From Pseudogymnoascus verrucosus (lineage: Eukaryota), in assembly GCA_001662655.1 (NCBI GenBank), contig KV460224.1: a stretch of DNA of 64,000 bases, one strand, 5' to 3'. Positions 54,880-64,000 of this stretch are shown in pieces; the stretch's first letter is position 1; every line of letters begins with the position of its first letter. A program made the translations under genes and the position numbers. Below the pieces are notes generated by a model. The model saw only the letters and a program-made list of their open reading frames with translations. It did no database searches and was not told where the DNA came from.

Positions 54880-56435
54880 ATGTTCTCGTCAAGCAGTTAT
54901 GATCGATTTGGCGGGCGTTCTCGTGGTGGTTACACTGCAACACGTCGAGGCAGTGGACAAGGCCGGCGTTCAGTAGCTCCTGCGACTCCAAGAAGTCCAT
55001 CCCCGCCAATCGGTCTAGTCTTGACTACCATCCGTTACAGCGAGTTGGAGGCCGATCAAGCCTCATCTAGCGATGCCAAAATCACAGGCCTAGAAGATGT
55101 CGCATCGTACAACTGGCTCAAAGCAAACGAGCCAACGATCATGACTCCTGGTTAGTATTCTCACAACTTGAGTTCTTATAACATCAAAAAAGCCCTAACA
55201 TAAGAACAGGCAAGCCTCCAAAGTGGACGCCCACAGCTAGGCCGACTAAGCTCGCGGAAGACAATCCTAACGGCATTTACTATCGAGACCAAAACGCTGC
55301 ATACTTTCCATCGTATCCTATGGAGCCGGTGGTTCGTTCTATCTTCGAGGAGCGCCCTGATTTCAATGCCCAGGAAGTTGATGTCTTCGGTTGCGGAAGT
55401 ACGTTTGGAAACTTGCTCAGGTTCGCCCGCAATGTCGAAACTGAGAAGCCATTTCGATTTCTAGTTGAGGCGGTGGGGGAGACAGTCTTTTTTATCCGAA
55501 GAGAGAACTCGCCAAAGGAAGTGATTACAGACATTCGTGGTTATGGGCATAGTTTCCCTGAAGCGAACACTACCTGGGATGCCGACCTCCAGAGTTCCAA
55601 TTCTCATCAACGCATCATCCGCTACCAGCTTGGTCATCTCAACACAATCATTCGATTTGAAGCGGACGGCTATCTTACAGAGAAAGTTCCAGAGAAGAAG
55701 ACGTATGCCAGCGCGGAAAATCGGGAGGTAAATGAAGACTTTCTCGTGTCAGCCCTCGCAGCAAACACCATTAGTGCCCACACGCCCAAGAACTCAGACA
55801 GCCTAAAGGTTACTCGAGGTCAAGGATCTGTACCCCAGTCTGCAGTTTTCGATCTGAAGACGCGCTCAATCAAAAAGAAGCACAATGACACCACGATATC
55901 CGACCAAATTCCCCGGCTTTGGATCCGCCAGATTTCATTCTTCGTTCTCGCGTACCACGACCGTGGCCTCTTTCGATCAGAAGACGTCACGGTCCACAAC
56001 ATCGAACCAGATGTCGCCAGGTGGGAGAGCGATAACAAGGGAGACGTGCGTAAATTGATCGGCCTTATCAAAAAGATTGCGGACGTTGTTAAGGATACCC
56101 CGAGACGAAAGCTGGAAGTCCGGTATCGATATGGGCTTGGATTGGAACTGAGGGAGCAAGTCGAAGGAGTGGCCTCCGTCTTGCCTAATGATCTTGCTGC
56201 ACGGTGGGCTGATCAAGGTGATCGGGCAGAATCTATTGCTGTAGCTGTCGGTAATAGCTCCGTTGATGGAGCCATAGGTCTTGAGGATGATTCTATTGAG
56301 AAAGGGGTGCCTCTTGACGAAAAGATTGTTAATGCTTTGGACGATGATGATGACGAGTATGATTGGGACAAGAAGGAGGATTATACGGCATGTTCGATGG
56401 AGAGTTGTAATTATTGCGGTCATTGCTCGTATTGA
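54880..56435 (+). CDS. Putative DXO/Rai1-like PD-(D/E)XK nuclease-fold protein, 498 aa, 2 exons (54880-55150, 55210-56435)
   Basis: RG-rich N-terminus; VASYNW...PG.PP.W.P; YRDQNAA; ordered motifs GYGHSFPE, SHQRII.Y, RFEADG, FDLKT and RLWIRQ; C-terminal DYTAC..CNYCGHC.Y. The GTTAGT...CTAAC...CAG intron restores the frame. The CDS is solid, but the fold assignment is an inference. Confidence 0.78.
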
Positions 56436-57420
56436 GATTTTGAAGGGATAGCGGTCATATATATCAGAAGGGGTTGCTTGATGAACAGATGTTCAGCAAA
56501 TAGTTCCTTAATAGGAGAGTAAGTGGCAAACGTCATCATACATTTTCGATGGGTTGTGTCTCATCTTTATGAAACACCACACGACCATTAGCAGAACCCA
56601 AGGTCATTATAATTGAATGAGTCTACGAGTCTTAGTCTTATGAGTAAAATAGTAGAGTAGGATCCTGCTATTAAGTTAGGTTGGTGATCTTGGGACCCTG
56701 GAAGCCAAGAAATTGAAATTTCGTCGCGACACCACTCACTCTTCAAGAGCCACACTATTCTCAACGCAAATTCCCAGTAGAATACAATCCCGAATCGCGT
56801 CATAGAAAACGTGTTAGCCACAGCTTCAAAGCCAATTCCATTAATCATACTGATTGCCACCAGATCGCTTCACCGTTTCGGATTATTGACGTGACTGGAC
56901 CAACCAAATGTGCAATATTATTCTCTCCATTGATAGACACCAACGCATTCATATGATTCAAAGAAGCTCATTGACTCTATGTGCTGTATATGTTCGCTAT
57001 AGCGTTGAATACTAAAATTATTGGCTAAGACAAACGTCATTTTATGTAGAATATGACAATGTACACGTACTCTTGCCATATCTTACCTACATTTGCGTGC
57101 CTATCTTCACTAATTCTAGCAGCAAAGGGCTGTTTTATCTGGCTTAATGAGCTTAATTAATTCTGTTAATTAGAAGAAGTTTACGTAGGGGGGATCGGTA
57201 GTTGGGGTTAAGGAGGAAGAGGTTGGTATAGTTTGTTGGGATATAACTCAAAGTCAGTCAATTAATGATATTTAAAAGTATTCAAATACACTCATCTTCA
57301 CAGCAGCGTCACGTTGAACTAATGGCTCAAGTAGTGATATCTTTAGTAAAGATAATTAAAAAATAAACGAAACAGCAGGGAAGTGTGCCTATTGCCACAC
57401 ACACAATACATTCCACCGCG

Positions 57421-58114
57421 TTAAACTGGCGCATCCTTGAATTCCCCCCTCAAGACCCTTTCGCACATCTCTTCAAGCCTGTATGCGGCCCACTCAAAAT
57501 TTTGCAGTTCGAGATATACCTGACCACTTATCCTGCACCAGACCTCTCCTCTATAGAACTTAACTGGAATCATGGTTTCGTAGTCCTTAATAGATCTCTC
57601 TGTCATCCACTTTGAAATTTCCGTGGCATCCGTATCTCTGATGTACGAAATCTTCTTATTTTCCTGCACGTTCACTGCTTCCTGATCCTGTGCGGGCTCG
57701 GCGCGAGTATCGTAAGAAGCAGCCCCATTCGTAACTACTAACGGTAAACGGGCGTTCACGAAGCAGCATCGATGGAGTGTCGGGGTCTCGTTTTCCATTA
57801 TTTCGGTACCCATAATCTCTGCTATTCTCTTGCCTCCAGCCTGGGCGATATGCTCGCAGTACTCCCTTACTGCTGCCTCACCGCCGCACGTTAGCTCGCG
57901 AAATTTCAGAGCTTCCTCAACGCAGACATATGGTGTGGGGTCGACGGTGGAAACTTTCTTGAAAAGCTCGCCAAATGCCTTATCTCCTCCTAGAACGGAT
58001 CCTCCTTCTAGTAGTGGTTGATATCCCCACGAAGTCGGTAGGGATGTGCGTATCAAATGATGGTTACGGGCTGGTACGTGTAGCACAGCACAACCACGCG
58101 GTACAAAAAGCCAC
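57421..58114 (-). pseudogene. C-terminal part of a class-V aminotransferase-fold PLP lyase (hercynylcysteine sulfoxide lyase Egt2-like), apparently 5'-truncated
   Basis: After a CTGAC...TAG acceptor the frame reads WLFVPRGCAVLHVPARNHHLIRTSLPTSWGY and ends W.RISGQVYLE..FEWA. No DGAH or SNxHK-encoding upstream exon was found in 58115-58600. Confidence 0.6.
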
Positions 58115-59589
58115 CTAATATAGAGTCAGTAACGGAGGCCAGTCGTTGCCTTGCACATCTCGCGGCGACTGTCTCTCGGTCGTGCAAGTATTTGTACCTA
58201 GCGTCAAGCTATTCGTACTGTTGCTGCTAGTGTGGCAAGACGTCTTGATACTTCAGGCGACTTATCCAATTGTTTGGCCTAGGATTCTTCACGCTGAGTG
58301 AAACCCCTTGAGCCACTTTCGGATTTCATGTACGATGCAGCGATGCGGGCTAAGAATGGTGAGGTGAGCAAGGCCACGGACCTTCAGCAAACTCCATATC
58401 CTAGGGTCATCCACAGAGGATATTGCATTAAAGTCAAGAAGGCAGAGTGGAAAGGCCAGCCGTAACCGCGATGGGTTTGGGTTTGCGAGCAGCGTTGAGG
58501 CGTTTATCGGCCACAATCAAGCCACATTTAGCCACGGAACGAATCTACACTAGCCCCACTTGCCCGTATCATCCTGATTTCGTATGAGAGTACCGCAGAT
58601 GCTAACGAAGCAATGAAGGCTGCCACCTAAAAATAATTTCTATAGCCACGAGCAATCAAAGTGTGAAGGACTGAGACAACATGTAAGACAATGGCTCAGG
58701 TTTCAATAAATCAGGTAGAGAGGTGAAAGGCATACTCTATTGTTGAATTTTACGGTATAGATATAATTCATGCCGCGTTCGAGCTTGGTCCCGCGGAGCC
58801 CACGCAGGCTAGTAATTGTACGACTGCCGCTACTAATCAATTTACTCGTGTGGAGATACTACTTGCATACGGCCGACTGGCGAGAGGAAAGACTATCCAA
58901 GAAACAACAAAGGCCTCATAAGTTTGCACGTCATGATTGCACCTATCCCTGCTAGCCAGGGTCAGGCACACCGACTGGCATCAGCGGCATAAGAACAGAG
59001 CCATTCGCCGCCCATTATCCTTGGCGGTTGGCACAAATGTCTCCGTGCGCTGAAAGCTGTCATAGTTTGGACGAGGCAAGTTTTAACGAGGCAAGTAAAC
59101 AAGATTCACAACTAGCAACAAGGATCTAGTATTAGATCAACCACAGGATTAACAGTGAACTATTTATATTTAATAATTTATCTTTATAAGACGACACCAA
59201 GTCGCGCACTTGGTATCATCACACCAAAATTTATATGTAAAGGTACCTTGTCACGTTTTGTCAGAAGTACCATTACATATAAATGTTGGTGTGGTGATAC
59301 TAAGTGCGCGACTCGGTGTACAACCACGTTACTACAAACAAGATTATCTACCCTTGTCCTACGTGGCTACAACCTCCACTATCGTCGTCATCATCTGGAA
59401 TTTTAAACATATCAACCCTATAAGTAAACCGACTCATCAATTGAGGTGAATCTTTTCTCAATAAACTCATAGTTAATTGATTGGAATCCCTCTACAGTAT
59501 ATTTCGCTCTAACTCGTCCACCTCTACGCTCCTCAGTCCACTCTCCACTCGCATCCCTTTCCTCTGAAAGACGAAAGCGTTCCCCTACA

Positions 59590-60079
59590 ATGTCAGACGG
59601 GTAAAATCAAAAAAACTTCTTACCCTGTCAACCCCCCGTCCCATCTTGTAAATTCCAAGTATTTACTTCGGGATCATCCCCCTCACAGACAAGAAGACAA
59701 AGCGGACGCCCCACAGGGGTATAACAACAATGACGCTGCATACAAATCTGAAAGCGAGTCTGACAACATCAACGATGGCAATGCTGTCACGAAAGGCAAA
59801 GCCAATAACCAGGGCCAAAAATCAAAATCACTCTATCAAGCCCGAGCCCAACGTCAGGAGGCAGCTCGTAACGGCAACGCGGCACAGCCATCGCGCGACG
59901 AAGCTAGAGAAAAGATGGGGTATAGGGCAGCGGCGATCAGGGAGTCGAGGATCAAAGACCGGCCTGTGAATAAGAAAGCGTCGGATAGCGCGCTTAAGAT
60001 TAAGATCGAGCTTGATCTAGAGGTTGAAGTGGATTTGTATGCGAGGGTGAAGGGTGATGTTACTATTGGGTTGATGTAG
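59590..60079 (+). CDS. Small hydrophilic protein, 133 aa, 2 exons (59590-59600, 59689-60079), with C-terminal LKIKIELDLEVEVDLYARVKGDVTIGLM motif
   Basis: acaATG start and GG|GTAAAA...CAG|A intron. The frame stays open to TAG at 60077-60079. The C-terminal motif matches a pattern I recall from fungal hypothetical proteins. Missed by the ORF track. Confidence 0.72.
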
Positions 60080-61727
60080 GATGGTCCGGTAGTGCTCAAG
60101 ATGGGCTCTGGTTGTCTTTACAGTTATTGGTGGGGCGCGGAACGAATACATCGTTCGAACCACTCACGGACATGCCAACTCCTTTTACTCATCAATCTTG
60201 ATCTCGTTATGGCCTTTGTCCTCCGTCCGGCACGGATATTTACCCTCTCACCGTTTCCATTACAGCGCAACGGGGAGATTCATCACCACTGGCTCCTGTT
60301 GAACGCCAGCGGCCCGTCCTGTCGAGGTCTGGCTGGGAAACTCAGGGAATGTATATGTCATGCTCGATTCCTAGAATAGCATAAAATTGAATCGGGATAC
60401 TGCAATGGCGTCTGGGCAGCTCACGATATCCCTCCTATTTGTATGCTAAGTACTAGACACAAAATCCCCATATTTCGAACAAATAAAGGACAGTTTCCTT
60501 CATGGCGCGCGTTTAAGATGCTGTCCAAGAACTAGACTAGGTATTGCCCAACGAGTGTCCCGTAACTCATGAAAGACCAAGACGATTCGATCACGCCGTT
60601 AATATCCTTCGCTTGTTCCATGAAGCCGAAGAGCTCCCGAAACGAAAGGAGACCGGTCAGATCAAACGATTTCCTAAGGCCAAATGATCTGACACTGCCG
60701 AGCCTCGCGGTTGACTTCAGTGATGACCTGCTTTTACTAGTTGTCCTGGATGTCCTGGCATCGAAGGTCAATGCCCCAGTCAGTTTGGAACGCGCTTAGA
60801 TAATTTATACCTTTATATATAATTTGCTATGTAAAGATACCTACAAATTTGGCCCTACGCGAACGCCGTCTGGTTACCATGACGGTTAATGGTGGGAGTG
60901 TCTTTGATGATGAAAGTTCAAGGCGGGGGAGGAGAGTGATCAGTGAGTCGGACTCGGCTTACGTTGATTGCTAGAGCTCTCGTCTTCGTTGCCTTGAAAT
61001 TAAGTCCAGATCTGTGTGGCTCTTGGCGACCCCAGGCCCCCCGGACATAACATTCAACAAATAGACCCTTGTCAGTGGCCATCTGAATTTGTGGCCGGAG
61101 TACAAGAGTTTCTTTTGGTTTTTGAGCCAACCCTTATGTGGCACGCTCAAGCAAGAAGAAATTCAGGCAGTATGGTATCGAAATTGTTCCTCACTACGTT
61201 GATGAATTTCAAGAATAAATCCAGAGGAGATAAGACTCTACCCAATTGATCTCTAGTGAGGGGTCATTGAGACTATCAACTGCTGCCAGATAGCCACGAA
61301 ATAATGTCGCTGTGCCATGATAGTAACCGCGCTCATGCGTCACTTGAAAAGGCGTCGTAAAATAAGCTTTGTTTAGTTAGTGTGTGTTTATTTGAATAAT
61401 TATGTAGTTATCACCGAACGCTCCGAAGGCTGATGCCGTAAACGGTGCTGCTTGGTGGGGCTAAAATTGCCCATCACGAAGCAAATGGCGGGGCATTTGG
61501 GATGTGAAGGGAACGCCCTCGCCAAAGATCTTTGGACGTGACAACGCATATCAGGACTGCGTCTTCTTGCACATGCGGACTAGCAACACCGCACATGTTT
61601 CACCAGAGAACCAGCGCTCCGTTATATCGTTATAGCTTTATACGCTCCGCTCTCAACTCATCTTAGTATTGCACCATCTTGACCGTGCGAGCGCGGAATC
61701 GTCTCGTATCGCTCCCCGCGATACGGG

Positions 61728-64000
61728 ATGGCGCCACAGTTGAATGGAGCCCGGGCAAGGCGGCTCAAGATCGTTACAGAGCCAGTGCGCGAACGAGAGA
61801 CGTTTAAGTAAGTCTGTTTCAGTCCAAATCTGCGCCGCCATCGCCGCCCTCTCGCTAACGGCCCACGTCACATTGCAGATACTACTCAACCCTGACCACT
61901 GGAGGTACGTCGAACCATAGCGGTGAACCGACTTCGAGTTCCGAGCTGTCGAGTTGCGACGACGCTGTCCTTACGGCCCTCGCCCAGGCCGGAGCCTTCC
62001 AGACGGGGACTGATCGATCGCTCATTTCCCTGTTTGATTCCGATAACCAATATATTGTCGCCGAAGCAACACAATCTTCGCGGTTGTTGCCATCAGTGAG
62101 GAGCGGGGACTGCCGCCAGCCCCTATGGCTGTGCGGCACCTCTATTCCTCGCAGCCATGGCGTCTGCGAGCTTAGCCTCCTCGGCGAGAACACCACCCGG
62201 ACAGATGAGGCAAGGAGCGAGACGTCGACGGAACTACCACTCACCCTGGCGGACGACTTGGTCATAGATCCTCGATTTTGCTCCAAACCCTACTGTCAAC
62301 CCGGAACCCTGTGCCGGTTTTATGCCGCCGTACCCATCCGAACGCGACGGGGCATCAATATCGGCGTGTACTGTGTCATTAATGAAACTCCAGGCAAAGT
62401 CTGGACCGAGGAGTATACTCAAACATTACGCGACATATCCCATACTATAATGGATCATCTCGAGTCAAAACGATTGGGAGATTTACATAGAAGGAATGAA
62501 CGCATGAATCGAGGCTTAGGGTCCTTCATCGAAGGCAAATCGACGCTATCCGGCTGGCAACCTGGCCCTCATGCGGCAGCTTTTGTCGATAAACCCGCAT
62601 TTGAGGGTGACCTTAATCATAAACAACAGTCCCTGCAGCTCGAACAAAATGACCTGGCGAATAATGCTGCCAAGTCTGGAATATTACCCATTGCGGCATC
62701 AGTCGATCCAACCGTTCCTCCTAGGCAGAACGCGGAAGCACGGTCATTTGGGGGTTCTTTCCGACATATTGAACGTCCGTTAGAAAATAGGGATGGCATG
62801 TTGGACTGTGAAAGCCCAACTGGTGTCTTTTCGAAAGCTGCCAATATTATCAGGGAGTCAACAGAGGTTGAAGGATGCTTGTTTGTCGATGCCACGATGG
62901 AGGCTTATCGATCTCCATCACGGACTAGTACCAACGTCAACTCGATGGGACTATTTTCTGCGGCAAGCAGTAGCGATGACAGTTCAGATCATGCACCTGG
63001 CGAGCAATCTTGGCGGCATTGCAGGGTACTTGGGTATTCGACTTCCGAGAAGTCAAGCATCGACGGAGATTCATCAAAGCAACATGCCACAGCGTTGCCG
63101 GAAAAATTTCTAGCCAAGCTGCTGCAGAGATATCCTAAAGGCAAGGTTTTCAATTTTGGCGCAGATGGAGTGCTTCAATCCTCTGACTCATCCGAAGAAG
63201 ATGGGAACTTCTCGACGTCAGAGCTTACTGAAATACTTCCTTTACTATCTGACAGCCGGGACAATATGCCTAACGTATCCATGCGTGATAAATCTCTAAA
63301 GAAGCCATGGGCTCGACACCGAGAGGGGAGCGTTCTCATGAAAGCTTTCCCCGGTGTTCGAAGCGTCGCATTTACCCCGGTTTGGGACCCGAGGAAAGAT
63401 CGATGGTATGCCGGTTGTTTCATCTATACCAACATTCTAACCCGAAGCTTTACCGTCGAGGGTGAACTAAGCTATTTGAGAGCATTCGGAATGCTCACTA
63501 TGGCTGAGATCTTGCGTGTCAACGACTGGCAAGTTGATAAAGCAAAGTCTGATATTCTCGGGTCGCTCTCACACGAACTACGCTCCCCCCTTCACGGGAT
63601 TATATTGAGCGCCGAATTACTAGGCGACACAAGACTCAGCGTCTTCCAAGGTAACGCCGCTCACACCATAGAAGTATGCTCTCGCACACTTCTCGACACT
63701 ATAGATCATCTCCTCGACTATTCCAAGATTAACAGCTTCGCGAGGAGGGGTTCCAAATCGAAAGTTAGTCGCGGACCTCAACCTGTTGCAGTTGTGGACG
63801 ACTCGGGACAATTTTGCGAGAAGAGCCTAACGTGCAACACTCAGCTTGACCGTCTTATTGAGGAAGTGACTGAAAGCGTTTTTGCTGGCTATACGTTTCA
63901 GTACTTGTCCATTACGCAGCCTTCTGTAAGGCAAGCCAAATCGATAGATCGCGACGGCATGGCCAGTCACCAGTCAAATCCCATGCAAACTATAGTCCAA
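61728..64000 (+). CDS. GAF-containing sensor histidine kinase (probably hybrid HK), 5' part only; exons 61728-61807 and 61879 to beyond 64000
   Basis: VTEPVRERETFK|Y across a GTAAGT...GCTAAC...CAG intron; LTALAQ.GA....DRSLISLFD..QYIVAEAT; RFYAAVPIRT..GINIGVYCV (GAF); H-box LGSLSHELRSPLHGI in the same frame. No stop before the window end, so it is absent from the ORF track. Confidence 0.9.

Noticed and set aside
60400..61300. Short ORFs upstream of the histidine kinase
   Set aside because: No recognisable motifs or consistent splice structure. Possibly promoter sequence or a decayed gene, but not supportable.

Overview
Eukaryotic, intron-containing DNA from a filamentous ascomycete: GT-AG introns with CTAAC/CTGAC branch points. 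A Leotiomycete such as Pseudogymnoascus is my inference, not demonstrated. I built gene models by hand from splice signals and checked each for reading-frame continuity. The left ~46.7 kb is mostly core genes: CLASP/Stu1, a BSP-family HExxH peptidase, a LIM-RhoGAP, Nup170/155, Ypk1/Gad8 kinase, glucose-6-phosphate isomerase, an EXPERA/TMEM97 protein, Ada2, M3 oligopeptidase, a STEEP1-like protein, myosin light chain, a SAM methyltransferase and a GH26 mannanase. It also holds two spliced orphan genes and shows a striking C-rich to G-rich strand gradient along genes. The right ~17 kb looks compositionally different and accessory-like. Its main feature is a head-to-head pair: a ~2312-aa ZNFX1/Upf1-like SF1 helicase fused to an NF-X1-like zinc finger and three CbbX/SpoVK-type AAA+ modules, and a ~498-aa protein with DXO/Rai1-like PD-(D/E)XK nuclease motifs. 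This pair is the best candidate for an undescribed RNA-surveillance or defence system. Further right are a 5'-truncated Egt2-like PLP lyase, a small protein with a conserved beta-strand C-terminus, and a GAF/HisKA histidine kinase running off the window. Other notable points are a probable GUG-initiated targeting extension on the M3 peptidase and a PTS1-like -SKI end on PGI. No rRNA, tRNA, CRISPR array or intact transposon was recognised.
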